NCBI GenBank assembly: GCA_965209155.1
Contig: OZ242383.1
Coordinates: 1,376,001 to 1,440,000 of the forward strand
Length of the DNA stretch: 64,000 nt
DNA from: a bacterium
GTDB lineage: Bacteria > SAR324 > NAC60-12
Reading direction: 5' to 3'
The notes under the pieces are model-generated. The model worked only from the letters and a program-made list of their open reading frames with translations. It ran no database searches and was not told the DNA's origin. The translations under genes and the position numbers were made by a program. Each line of letters opens with the position of its first letter. Positions within the stretch are counted from its first letter, which is position 1. This document shows positions 23,961 to 33,594 of this stretch, in pieces.

Positions 23961-24290
23961 TCACAGGAAGCGGACCACAGGCGGCGGCTCACCGCTTTGA
24001 TCCTTGATAAGCTGCTCCAGGTGTTGGAGATTGCGCCGCAGATAACCAAGCAGCCGGCGCTTCATAGTACAAATGTGGGAACGGACGGGCTGACGTAACT
24101 TGCAGAAAGCCAGACAATGTATGCGGGCAATTCGCCGGTAGGTCCTTGGTTTGGGACTCCCAGAGGGACGCTTATCATGAAGCACGTTGATCAACTCCTC
24201 GCTTTTTTCACGAGCGGCATTGAGAAGTTTCGTATCGGTTGGATAAGTGATATCAGCCGGTGCGCAACTTGCATCAGGGATAATCCAAGG
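23961..24290 (-). pseudogene. IS5-family transposase fragment
   Basis: DASCAPADITYPTDTKLLNAAREK then, after a frameshift, KPRTYRRIAR..LGYLRRNL. Confidence 0.8.
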
Positions 24291-24431
24291 CTGCCTTGTA
24301 AGAGTCCAGAAAAGAGAGCCATGTTCGTTCCGAAAAACTCCTATCCCGCATCCGTATTGGACTGGGCATGGTACATCCAGGTCCAGGCGAGTTTTTACAG
24401 CGGCACCGGTGCTCCGATGCAGTGGTCCGCC

Positions 24432-25577
24432 TTACAATTCCACTGTGGATAACCAGTTGTGGGCCAAGCGCATTTCCGCGTTGTTTGGAAATGTTTTTTC
24501 TCGCTTTAATTCTTTGACCAACTGCACCTTTTTGATAGAAGATATTTGTTTTTCAAAAATATTGAAGTTGGGACACCAGGAGGAATCCGCCCATTTGACT
24601 TCCAGCATCAAGCGAGGATGATTATTTTTTGTAATACAAAAATCGACTTCTTTGCCATCTCTTCTTCTCAAATAATGCAGTTGCAAGGTTTCCCCATAAC
24701 AATCCTCTCTAAAATGAATTTCCTTGAGCAGAGCACACGCCACTAAATTTTCTAATTTGATCCCCTCATCCCCCAGGACTTGTCCATTGTCATAAAAATA
24801 AAATTTGGGAGCCTTCAGTAAGGCTCGTGCCACGTTCTTATGATAGGTGGGAACCCGAAAGATAATGTACATGTTCTCTAAGATCTCCAGCCAACGTTTG
24901 ATCGTCTTGTCGCTATGCTGAAGATCTCGGGCCAGGGAACTGTAGGAAACCGGGCTGCCTATTTTTTGCCTCAATAATTGAATCAGCGTCTCCATGGAGG
25001 CAATTTGATTGATTTTTTCCAAGTCAATCAAATCTTGTCGTAAAATAATGTCGAGATGCGTCGCTTTCCAGCGATTATAATAGCGGACTTTGCCCTCCAA
25101 AAAAGGTTCTGGGAATCCTCCCAGAGCCATCAGGTTCTCCAAAGCTTCCTCCAGATTTTGCGGATTCGTCTCGGCCTTGATTTCTTTTAAATCCAAGGGA
25201 TGGAGTCTGAATCTGAAAAATCGCCCTGCTAGCGAATCCCCGACTTTACGGAATGTGTCCAGTTTGGAACTGCCGGTGACAACTAGAGCCGGGGGGATCC
25301 CTTCTGTATCATAAATCCCTTTTATCCACGATTTCCAATCCTGCATTTTGTGCAGTTCATCAAATATGATCAGCTCTTTCTTACGATCCCAGCCCTTTTC
25401 TTTGATCAATAACCGGTGCTCCGGATTGTCAAAATTGATATAATCAAAAGGACGGCCCAATCCCTTCGCCAAAGTCGTCTTTCCCACCTGCCTTGGCCCC
25501 GTGATGAGAATGATCTTCCGATCCAAATCTTCTAAAATGGGACCCCTCAAGGTCCGTTGTATATACTGACGGCCCAT
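24432..25577 (-). CDS. AAA ATPase (AAA_14 + DUF4143 type)
   Basis: GPRQVGKTT, FDELH, TGSS, SLAGR, KFYFYDNG, EVDF..EVK. Confidence 0.9.
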   Translation of the reverse strand: MGRQYIQRTLRGPILEDLDRKIILITGPRQVGKTTLAKGLGRPFDYINFDNPEHRLLIKEKGWDRKKELIIFDELHKMQDWKSWIKGIYDTEGIPPALVVTGSSKLDTFRKVGDSLAGRFFRFRLHPLDLKEIKAETNPQNLEEALENLMALGGFPEPFLEGKVRYYNRWKATHLDIILRQDLIDLEKINQIASMETLIQLLRQKIGSPVSYSSLARDLQHSDKTIKRWLEILENMYIIFRVPTYHKNVARALLKAPKFYFYDNGQVLGDEGIKLENLVACALLKEIHFREDCYGETLQLHYLRRRDGKEVDFCITKNNHPRLMLEVKWADSSWCPNFNIFEKQISSIKKVQLVKELKREKTFPNNAEMRLAHNWLSTVEL

Positions 25578-25626
25578 TGACTTTTTCCAGACTAAACTTG
25601 ATTTTAGTTTTTAGTCAATAATGGTA

Positions 25627-25662
25627 TATATTCCGAAATTGTCAAGACGATTTCGGAATGTA
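25627..25662. promoter_or_regulatory. Palindromic operator overlapping a -35 box upstream of the AAA gene
   Basis: ATTCCGAAAT-N10-ATTTCGGAAT with a central TGTCAA (TTGACA on the minus strand). Confidence 0.5.
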
Positions 25663-26000
25663 AACCCCGAAACGGTTCCTATACATCACGTCCAGGACCT
25701 AAAGTGTACGGAGTTGATATGACAGCTTACTTGATTTAGAGAATACAATTGATTTTTTCTTGATCGATTACCTGTGGATTCTCTTTTTCCTGGAGATGTT
25801 GACTGTCCAAAAAATGGATTACTCCGGAAAAGGAAACGTGAAAAGCTCATCGCTCCGATTCCTCACGAATTCAGCCGCATTCGCGAAGGGCCACCACGTG
25901 CTCAGGTGCCGTTCACCATGATGATTTGTACTTTTCCCTGAGGATTGCTATAGTGAGTGTGTCAACATCTCTTATGTCTTCTATTACAGAAAGAAAACGT

Positions 26001-26315
26001 ATGAATTATCAAGTCACTTTAGAGCTGCCCGATTATCTCAAGAAGGAGGTAGATAGCATCAAGGATTTTGATCGATTCGTTACTCGTATTGTCCGGGATA
26101 CTCTGGAAGAGGAGGCGGATTATCAGGCAGCTCCCCTTCAAGGAGCACTCCGTTGCATAGAAGATGATGATTTTTCACTCTCCTCGACAACTTCTAAATG
26201 CCCCAACCCGGAGACATCATCCTTTTCCAGTTTCCTCAAACCGATTTTTCCCCTGGAAAGACACGGTCCGTGCTTTTGCTCAAAAAACTCCCTGGGGTTT
26301 TTGATGATTGGTTGA
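26001..26315 (+). CDS. Probable antitoxin, apparently read through or frameshifted into the toxin region
   Basis: MNYQVTLELPD N-terminus, acidic middle; out-of-frame TAA at 26195 abuts the toxin ATG. Confidence 0.5.
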   Translation: MNYQVTLELPDYLKKEVDSIKDFDRFVTRIVRDTLEEEADYQAAPLQGALRCIEDDDFSLSSTTSKCPNPETSSFSSFLKPIFPLERHGPCFCSKNSLGFLMIG

Positions 26316-26527
26316 GATGTATGATTTCCACACAAACACACCAGGTCGTTGTTTCTTTTGATGAGATCATCTCTCCCCATGACTCCGATTTTTCCCATTC
26401 AGGCCTCAATGCCCCCAGTCTTATCAGACCAGGCAGATTACTAATAATTCATGAGTCCCAAATCGGGAACACGATTGGCTCGATCTCAAAGCAACGGCTT
26501 CGCCGTCTGAAGAGGATCTCATGTTAA
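26198..26527 (+). CDS. PemK/MazF-family toxin
   Basis: PGDIILFQFPQTD..GKTR.VL, CMIST, SGL..PSLIR. Confidence 0.8.
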   Translation: MPQPGDIILFQFPQTDFSPGKTRSVLLLKKLPGVFDDWLRCMISTQTHQVVVSFDEIISPHDSDFSHSGLNAPSLIRPGRLLIIHESQIGNTIGSISKQRLRRLKRISC

Positions 26528-27633
26528 TCGGTGTGCCTAAAGAAATCAAAAGCCAAGAGTATCGTATTGGTATCACTCCGGCAGGAGTGCGCGAAGCTGT
26601 CCACAATGGACACCAAATCATGGTTGAAACAGAAGGGGGAGTAGGGATTGGCGTCAGCAATGAAGATTATTCTGCTGCCGGAGCCACCATACTTGATTCG
26701 GCAGAGGAAATCTTTGCCAAAGCCGAAATGATTGTCAAAGTGAAAGAGCCTCAACCAGAGGAATGCAGAATGCTTCGGGAAGGCCAGGTACTCTACACTT
26801 ACCTCCATTTGGCTCCCGATCCTGTACAAACGAGATTGCTTCTTGAATCAGGCGTCACCGCCATTGCTTACGAAACTGTGACGGATGCTCGACGAGGCCT
26901 CCCTTTGCTCACTCCGATGAGTGAGGTTGCCGGACGGATGTCGGTCCAAGCAGGAGCCCATGGTCTGGAAAAAATCCACGGGGGCCTTGGAGTGCTCTTG
27001 GGAGGTGTCCCCGGCGTTCCTCCTGCAAAAGTCGTGATCATTGGAGGAGGTGTGGTTGGCATCAATGCAGCAAGAATTGCGATTGGCATGGGGGCCGATG
27101 TGACGATTATTGATCGTTCTCTCATGCGACTGAGAGAATTGGACATGATTTTTGGAGATCAAATGACCACCCTCTTTTCCACTACGGATTCGATTGACGG
27201 TGTCATTCGAGATGCCGATTTGGTGATAGGAGCCGTTCTCATTCCAGGAGCCGCTGCCCCCAAACTGGTCACCAAAGCGATGCTCAAAGACATGAAAGAT
27301 GGATCGGTCATTGTGGATGTGGCCATTGATCAAGGTGGGTGTTTTGAAACCAGTCGCCCCACTACTCACAAAGATCCCACGTATGAAATCGATGGGGTAG
27401 TTCATTACTGTGTGGCCAATATGCCAGGCGGTGTTCCTCGTACCTCCACCTTTGCTTTGACCAATGCCACCTTGCCTTCCATGTTGGAATTGGCCAATAA
27501 AGGTCATCGTGAGGCATTGCTCGCGGATGAACATTTGCTCAATGGATTGAATATCCATAAAGGGATGGTCACCTATGAAGCTGTTGCAAGAGACCTGAAT
27601 TACACTTACTACCCTGCTCGCGAAGTTTTATAG
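26521..27633 (+). CDS. ald: Alanine dehydrogenase
   Basis: IGVPKEIK, KVKEP, YLHLA, PMSEVAGR, DVAIDQGGC, YCVANMPG. Confidence 0.97.
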   Translation: MLIGVPKEIKSQEYRIGITPAGVREAVHNGHQIMVETEGGVGIGVSNEDYSAAGATILDSAEEIFAKAEMIVKVKEPQPEECRMLREGQVLYTYLHLAPDPVQTRLLLESGVTAIAYETVTDARRGLPLLTPMSEVAGRMSVQAGAHGLEKIHGGLGVLLGGVPGVPPAKVVIIGGGVVGINAARIAIGMGADVTIIDRSLMRLRELDMIFGDQMTTLFSTTDSIDGVIRDADLVIGAVLIPGAAAPKLVTKAMLKDMKDGSVIVDVAIDQGGCFETSRPTTHKDPTYEIDGVVHYCVANMPGGVPRTSTFALTNATLPSMLELANKGHREALLADEHLLNGLNIHKGMVTYEAVARDLNYTYYPAREVL

Positions 27634-27833
27634 CTCAAACTTCTTTCCAACGGTGGCAAGCCACTTCATGCTCTCCAAACGATTACTTTTTATTATGGAA
27701 TCTATAGCAGCTCTTATCCAGGGACGCCTGCCGGAGGCAAGGAAAGAAAAAAGAGGGGGCAGTACGGTCCGCCGCTGCGGTGCAACATAAAACAGGATAA
27801 GATAAGCCATTTGCTCTGCAACATCAGAGGATT

Positions 27834-28955
27834 TTAAGCCAGGGATTCAGGCGCCAAATCACCGATTGAGGCAGCCAACTGCGCATCTTCCTTAATGGAT
27901 TGGCGATCTGCCGGAGGTGGCACAGGCGTATCATATTCATAACTCGGATCTGCCTGTTGTTTACGCCAGGTCTCCCGCATTTCACGCCAGGCGCCAAACA
28001 CATTTTGGGGTTGCGGCATATCGTGAGCAATCGCCTCATGTAGTTTCTTAAGATTGTAGCAGGGGACCCCGGCATACATGTGGTGTTCCGTATGCCAGTT
28101 CATGTGCCAATAGAGGAACTCGGAAATCGGGTCGAGGGTGATGGTCCGCACGCATTTGCGAAAATCGGGAACGTTACTGCGTAGGCCGCAGTGCATGGGC
28201 AGGCCGACAAAGTATTTGAGCCAGCCACCGATAAAGGTATGGAAGGTGAGCAACACCGGCAACAGCCAGAGTTGGAAATAAATCGACACCACTAAGACCC
28301 CCAAATGGAAGAGCAAAATCAGTCGTGCCAGGTTCATCGCCTTCCGATGGTCCAGTCCGTGCCCTTCAAACACTGCCCCAATCCATTCATTCGGGTATTG
28401 CCCCATCGCATCTTTGAGCCTTTGCTTGATCGTTGGCACAAGACCTGAGGACTCATAACCGCCAAAGATATTGAAGGTAAACAATTGCAGGAGGTAAGTC
28501 CACTTCAGGGAAGCCGGGCGGGGCAGGATGACTTCCCGATCTCCTCTCGGATGGAGGGTGTAGAGGTGGTGGTAAGTATGACTAAAACTGTAATTGTGGA
28601 AATTGAACCACCCCAATATGCTATAAATATAGAGAAACCCCTGATTGAGCCAGGCGGTCCGGAAGACGGTGCCATGGCACAGTTCATGGGTGGCTAACCC
28701 CGTAAAAAATGCGCCGACGGTCCCATGGGCAATCACGGCCAGGATGCAGGCTATCCACCAGCCTTGCGCAAAAAAGTAGTAGCTGAGCAGTCCTGTGCCA
28801 GCAAAGATTGCCAAATGCCCTCCTGCCTGAATCCATCCCTGACGGTCACTTTTTTGTGACAACTCACGCAAGACCTCTTTGTCAATAGGGCACCGGTACC
28901 AGTTAACTTTTAAATCTTTTCGGACGTCCATCAAGGGTTCATACTCAGTTGGCAT
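27834..28955 (-). CDS. Fatty acid desaturase-family membrane di-iron enzyme
   Basis: His boxes HELCH, HTYHH, HTEHH plus TM segments. Confidence 0.88.
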   Translation of the reverse strand: MPTEYEPLMDVRKDLKVNWYRCPIDKEVLRELSQKSDRQGWIQAGGHLAIFAGTGLLSYYFFAQGWWIACILAVIAHGTVGAFFTGLATHELCHGTVFRTAWLNQGFLYIYSILGWFNFHNYSFSHTYHHLYTLHPRGDREVILPRPASLKWTYLLQLFTFNIFGGYESSGLVPTIKQRLKDAMGQYPNEWIGAVFEGHGLDHRKAMNLARLILLFHLGVLVVSIYFQLWLLPVLLTFHTFIGGWLKYFVGLPMHCGLRSNVPDFRKCVRTITLDPISEFLYWHMNWHTEHHMYAGVPCYNLKKLHEAIAHDMPQPQNVFGAWREMRETWRKQQADPSYEYDTPVPPPADRQSIKEDAQLAASIGDLAPESLA

Positions 28956-29130
28956 ATAGTTCTCCGATTAATTGTTGGTCAATTCACTATTTTTTAAATA
29001 AATAAAGCAGTTACTTAGCTTTCGCGAATTTTTATGAAGATTTTTGAAAATTGCCAGCCAGCTAATAAAATCAGTAATCTAATCCTTCATGGAATTTAGA
29101 AGCGCTTACCCAGCAGATTCTGGCCACCAT

Positions 29131-29508
29131 TCATGATCCTTGAAGCGCTGATACCAACCGCTCTAAGGGACGATTGAAAAGCCTACTTAAAGCCAAGGCC
29201 ATTTTCTTTGAGATCGGTAACTTCCCTCGCTCAATCTTTGAGATTACTTGACGATCCGTCGCCCCCACTCGCTCAGCCAATTCTTGCTGAGTGAATCCCA
29301 TATTTTTTCGATACGTTCTCACCGATTTGCCAGGGTGCCAGTTTTTTCGCATCTCTTGATACCAGTCGGTATCACGGATATTGACCAACTCTTCCTCATC
29401 ATCTTCAATGACTTCGACTTCCTAAAAATTCGATTGAAAAAAGGCAAGAACGGTCTCGGGGATCTCCCCTTCCACTCTAATAGGGGGCTTTTTTACGACT
29501 ACCTGCAT
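29131..29508 (-). pseudogene. XRE/HigA-like antitoxin with an in-frame TAG at 29422-29424
   Basis: MQVVVKKPPIR..SNF*EVEVIEDD..LVNIRDTDWY..TQQELAERVG HTH. Confidence 0.75.
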
Positions 29509-29588
29509 TATACACCTCAATCATGATGGTTTCTTTTTCATGTCTCCAGCAAGCCACCCAGGAGTGTGCGAGGGTGGCAGTGATATTC
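29477..29588 (-). pseudogene. RelE-like toxin C-terminal half (frameshifted)
   Basis: YHCH(+1)LAHSWVACWRHEKETIMIEVYNAGSRKKAPY*, overlapping the antitoxin start. Confidence 0.75.
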
Positions 29589-29716
29589 CTTATAAAATAT
29601 TGGTAATTTTTTTACTACATGTCAAGGTTTAATATTAAGCGACTACAATTTTTTCAGCTTGATCTATAACCATTTTTTGTTTACACTTAATTAGTTTGAA
29701 TCTTGAATAGGGCGTT

Positions 29717-29872
29717 ATGTTTGTCATCCGATTGAAGAAGAAAATTGAAAAAAATGCCAAGAAAATGCCCAATAACGTCCAAGAAAAGTTAACACAACTC
29801 ATTAAAGAATTGTGAGAAAAAGGACCCTTCCGAGCAGAGTGGCCGAATTATAGCAAGTCAGGAGGCAACCGT
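29717..29872 (+). pseudogene. RelE-like toxin N-terminal half (internal TGA 29813-29815)
   Basis: MFVIRLKKKIEKNAKKMPNNVQEKL..L*EKGPFRAEWPNYSK. Confidence 0.72.
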
Positions 29873-29899
29873 TGCTGTTTCCCAATTACGAAGCCTCGC

Positions 29900-30841
29900 T
29901 CACGGCTTCAGCTCCCCGATGATCGGTGTGTCACGCGAGATGCGCTTCGCATCACGGTCGCCCAGATGGCCCACGCCGAACCAGACTTTAAAGCCCAGGA
30001 GATCGAGAAGCTCTTGGGAGGCTTCCTCATACACCTCAGGAAGCAACGCCAACGGATAGTTCTCGAAGGGCCTGAACATGGGCGGTTGGTAAGCGAAGGT
30101 GAGGCCCTTCCGCTCGCCAGTCGGATCCTGAGAGAGGTAGGCTCCGGATCCATGAATGAGCCGGCCGTCGAAGATGAAGCAGTTGCCGGCCGGGCCTATC
30201 ACCTGCATCTGGTTCTTCAGGTCGTCCTTGTTCGGTCGGCGTCCGAGCTTATGGCTGCCGGGCACGATCCAGGTTGCACCGTTTTCGCTGGTGAAGTCGT
30301 CCAGCATCCAAAAGACGTTGCACACGATGCACGGCATCATGGTCGCTCCCGGTGTCTCGGGCTGGCCAGGATTCGCGCGTGTGATCGATCCGGCCCGCAT
30401 CAGCTCGTCATAGCGGCCGGACGATGGGACGAACCATTGGTCCTGGTGCAGCGTTTGCGCCTGGCCACCACTGCGAATGATGGTGGCCAAGAGATTTTGG
30501 ATACGGATTTCCTCGCCGAGCACATGGTGCACAATGTCCAGAATGTCCGGCAGCGCAGCCAACTCGCGAAAGATACGGCCCTTGTTTGCGAGAAAGTTCA
30601 CTTTCTGGCTGTTGCCATGCTTGGGTTCCGGAAATGTTCCCAGGTCACCAGGGATCCGGCCGTCAGTGAAGGAGGCGACGCCGGCCTTTCGCTCGGCCTC
30701 GGCCTGCTCGCTGAGGCGCTCGCGTGCTTCGGCAAGCTGTTCCGGGGTCAGCGCTTCCTTGACGAGACAATATCCATGCTCGTCGATATCTCGTTTCATT
30801 GTCTCGGCGTCGCGGGTCCACGTGGGTAGGTTCATTATCAT
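29900..30841 (-). CDS. Phytanoyl-CoA dioxygenase family Fe(II)/2OG enzyme
   Basis: LHQD, LDDFTSENGAT..PGSH, HGSG; AGGAG RBS before 30841. Confidence 0.9.
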   Translation of the reverse strand: MIMNLPTWTRDAETMKRDIDEHGYCLVKEALTPEQLAEARERLSEQAEAERKAGVASFTDGRIPGDLGTFPEPKHGNSQKVNFLANKGRIFRELAALPDILDIVHHVLGEEIRIQNLLATIIRSGGQAQTLHQDQWFVPSSGRYDELMRAGSITRANPGQPETPGATMMPCIVCNVFWMLDDFTSENGATWIVPGSHKLGRRPNKDDLKNQMQVIGPAGNCFIFDGRLIHGSGAYLSQDPTGERKGLTFAYQPPMFRPFENYPLALLPEVYEEASQELLDLLGFKVWFGVGHLGDRDAKRISRDTPIIGELKP

Positions 30842-30854
30842 AAAGCTCTCCTTT

Positions 30855-31622
30855 TCAAAACATAAACCTCCCCCCATTCACACTGAGAGTCTGTCCGGTA
30901 ATATAGCTGGCTTCGTCCGAGGCAAAGAAAGCCACAGCCGCAGCCATTTCTTCAGGTGTTCCCGGCCTACCGTACAATTTAGGAGAAGAGGGAGGGCTCT
31001 TTTTAAAAGCATTTGACTCACGCCATCGCTTCCCATTAAAGTCACTTCCAGGAGTCATGGCGAAAGGGGAAACACTGTTCACCGTGATATTATGTTCCAT
31101 GAGTTCTCGTGCCCAGGCCTTGGTCAAGGCGATGACCCCAGCCTTGGAGGCTCCATAAGGCGCTTCAGCGAATTCTCCGGCCCTACCTGCATCAGAACTC
31201 ATATTGACAATCCTGCCATACTTTCTGGGGACCATCCCCTCCAGGACGGCTTTGGTCACCGTCATGGGTCCCTTGAGATTCACCGCTATTTTCCAGTCCC
31301 AGCTCTCCTCGGTACTCTCAATAAAAAGCCCCAGCTCCTCCAGGCCAACATTGTTTATCAGGACATCCACTCTTCCAAAGGTCTCTTCCACTTCCCGGAC
31401 GGCACGCTTCACCTCCTGGCTATCGGTAATATCCATCCTCACAGCGATCGATTTTTTTCCTCCTTGGGAGAGGATCTCCTCAGCCACCGCCTGTGCTTTC
31501 TCAAGCTGGATATCCAGAATGGCCGTCATGGCGCCCTCGTTGGCGAGTCTCCAGGTGATTGCTTCCCCAATCCCTTGAGCCCCCCCCGTGATAATAGCCA
31601 CTTTGTCCTCAAAACGTTTCAT
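30855..31622 (-). CDS. SDR oxidoreductase (BadH-like)
   Basis: TGGAQGIG, NNVG, SSDAGR, YGASK. Confidence 0.9.
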   Translation of the reverse strand: MKRFEDKVAIITGGAQGIGEAITWRLANEGAMTAILDIQLEKAQAVAEEILSQGGKKSIAVRMDITDSQEVKRAVREVEETFGRVDVLINNVGLEELGLFIESTEESWDWKIAVNLKGPMTVTKAVLEGMVPRKYGRIVNMSSDAGRAGEFAEAPYGASKAGVIALTKAWARELMEHNITVNSVSPFAMTPGSDFNGKRWRESNAFKKSPPSSPKLYGRPGTPEEMAAAVAFFASDEASYITGQTLSVNGGRFMF

Positions 31623-31652
31623 AGTGTCCCTTTATTTATTCACTCACCCCCT

Positions 31653-32180
31653 GTAACTATTCAGGGCTCTGAAAAACCCGTTCAGTTAAATATCATTAAA
31701 AAGATTCCCGGAGAGGACCGATCGTTTTCAAGTCTTCCCACGAAATTGTTCCATCAATCGGGAACCCTCTCTTTCACTAAAACAACTTAGTGAAGGCATG
31801 ATTTTGGCAGTATACTTAGTATTTAGTATAATGTTAACCCCCAAATAAAAAAAAGCAGGATTCGTAAAAAAAATTAAAAATCTATCAATCAGGGAGATCC
31901 GCTTCTTTATGATCATGAGCCAAAAAGCGAAGGTTCACTCCACAATCCAGTGTTTTTTCCAATGGCAATAATGATCGTAAACGCTTTGCCGGGGAGGTAA
32001 ATCAGAGTGCTAAGCGCTCTTGCTTCCACTGCTCTCGTTCTTTTTCATAGAGTTGACAAGCTTCTTGAAGAGCCTCGAGGTGGGGAATCGATGAAAGGGG
32101 ATCAATATTTTTTGAACTTTCGAGAGTATAAAATCCTTTCTAGACTTAATGCCACGCAAAATCTGTGCTTAAATCGATGG
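31653..32180. mobile_element. Deleted IS66-derived element (copy A)
   Basis: Begins with GTAACTATTCAGG; 31653-32004 closely matches 45528-45880, and 32049-32180 matches the IS66 transposase 5' region 46802-46932. Confidence 0.75.
31809..31837 (-). promoter_or_regulatory. sigma70-type promoter pointing out of the element into the SDR-PhyH operon
   Basis: Minus strand TTAACA-N17-TATACT, overlapped by a TATACT-N8-AGTATA palindrome. Confidence 0.5.
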
Positions 32181-32451
32181 ATTCTCTGAAGATAAGAGGT
32201 TTGGTGAAAGATGTTTCGTTTTTACTCTCTTCTTAAACATCGGTTCCTGGAAGATGAAGGGTTTCGGTGAGATGTCAGCCCTCTAGTTTTTCAGGAGTTC
32301 TGAAAATAGCCGGAAAATTATTTTCCTACCCCTTTTTCATGCCTTTGATATTATAACAGTTTCTTCAAAAAACTTTTTCAGTCGTAATCGTTGCCCTATT
32401 TCTGTATAATTATTTTTAACAGTTGAGAGGAACCCCAATATTAAGAATCAA

Positions 32452-32727
32452 ATGATCATCAACTGGAACAATACGCATTTTGTCTATCAGGTAAACCAAA
32501 GAGAAATTGATTTAGAAAAAGTTGAAAATACTCTTAGATTCTCAACAGAGAAATATTTTGATAACAACACAGGCAGATATGTGAAAATAGGGGGTAACAA
32601 AAGAGAAGGTTTACTTCTTGTTTCCTATGAAATTGAACTGGATGAGTCTGTGACACCAATCACCGTACATCAAACGGATAGAGAACAAATCAATCATAGA
32701 TTAAACGAGGGGCGATATGAATTCTAA
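32452..32727 (+). CDS. DUF4258/BrnT-like small protein (putative toxin)
   Basis: H...R.I..E.VE pattern, VTPITVH; overlaps the DUF2283 partner. Confidence 0.65.
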   Translation: MIINWNNTHFVYQVNQREIDLEKVENTLRFSTEKYFDNNTGRYVKIGGNKREGLLLVSYEIELDESVTPITVHQTDREQINHRLNEGRYEF

Positions 32728-32932
32728 ACCGCAATTTAATTACTTCCCTGACGAAGATATCATGCACATTTTGATCAAAAAAGGGGCTGAAGATAAAGCG
32801 GTAGAAATCACTCCAGATATTACCGCAGAATATAATAAGGAGGGAGAGTTAATCGGTGTTGAGATTGTCAATGCCAGCAAAGCCATCTTTAATATGCTAG
32901 TTGATGATTTAAAGTTAAAGGAAGCAATTTAA
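32717..32932 (+). CDS. DUF2283 protein (putative antitoxin)
   Basis: Y.PDEDIMHI...EITPDI..EYNKEGELIGVEIVNAS. Confidence 0.8.
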   Translation: MNSKPQFNYFPDEDIMHILIKKGAEDKAVEITPDITAEYNKEGELIGVEIVNASKAIFNMLVDDLKLKEAI

Positions 32933-33031
32933 TTCATTTAAATAGATATTCATGACTAAATTCAAGGCGATAGCGTCCGTATTTCTACCGATGCCATCGC
33001 ACAAATATTCCGAGCAAGACTATTGACTGTA

Positions 33032-33184
33032 TTACTTTGCTAATGGCTCTTTAATTTCGGTATGTCGAGGGACTGCTTCCATCGCCCCGTCTTTTGGATT
33101 AATCCAAAGGGAATGTGAACCTCCTTCCCGTTTAAGGTAGCAACCTGCAATTCTCAGCCTTTGTTCTAGGTCTCATCTTTTCAT
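33032..33184 (-). pseudogene. hicA: HicA toxin pseudogene
   Basis: MKR*DLE..LKREGGSHSLWINP...EAVPRHTEIKE; TGA at codon 4. Confidence 0.8.
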
Positions 33185-33399
33185 CCAATCAACACTTTCT
33201 CTTGGATAGCATCTTCTGGCAGCCCTCGGAGAATATCGTCTTTGCGATCTTTTAAGATCAATTCAATTGCCTGCTGTAGATTAGTCTTGGTTTCTTCTAT
33301 AGTTTCACCCTGTCCATTGGCTCCTGACACTTCAAGACAGATAGCCCAGAATCCGCCTTCGGGTGCAGTTTCTATAATTGCTGTAAATTCTGCTTTCAT
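33181..33399 (-). CDS. hicB: HicB antitoxin
   Basis: FTAIIE..EGGFWA.C.EV.GANGQGETIEE. Confidence 0.85.
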   Translation of the reverse strand: MKAEFTAIIETAPEGGFWAICLEVSGANGQGETIEETKTNLQQAIELILKDRKDDILRGLPEDAIQEKVLIG

Positions 33400-33496
33400 T
33401 ATAATCTTTATTTGTACGTTAATGATCAAACGTTGTGTTCAATAGTAGCGTCAGCCTTTAGAAATCAAAATTTTCATAAGAACTGATTTCCTGGAT

Positions 33497-33525
33497 ATAC
33501 TAATGAATGTTCCCCCTACTGTCAA
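33497..33525 (-). promoter_or_regulatory. sigma70 promoter for hicB-hicA
   Basis: TTGACA-N17-TAGTAT on the minus strand. Confidence 0.55.
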
Positions 33526-33594
33526 TTTTTTGAGACGAGCTAAAGACACGTTTCGTGTTGTCAAAGATAGATTACATATAATGGTACCTCTTAG

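Noticed and set aside
24444..24452. Perfect DnaA box TGTGGATAA
   Set aside because: Single copy inside the AAA coding sequence; no cluster of boxes, including upstream of gyrB, so no oriC call
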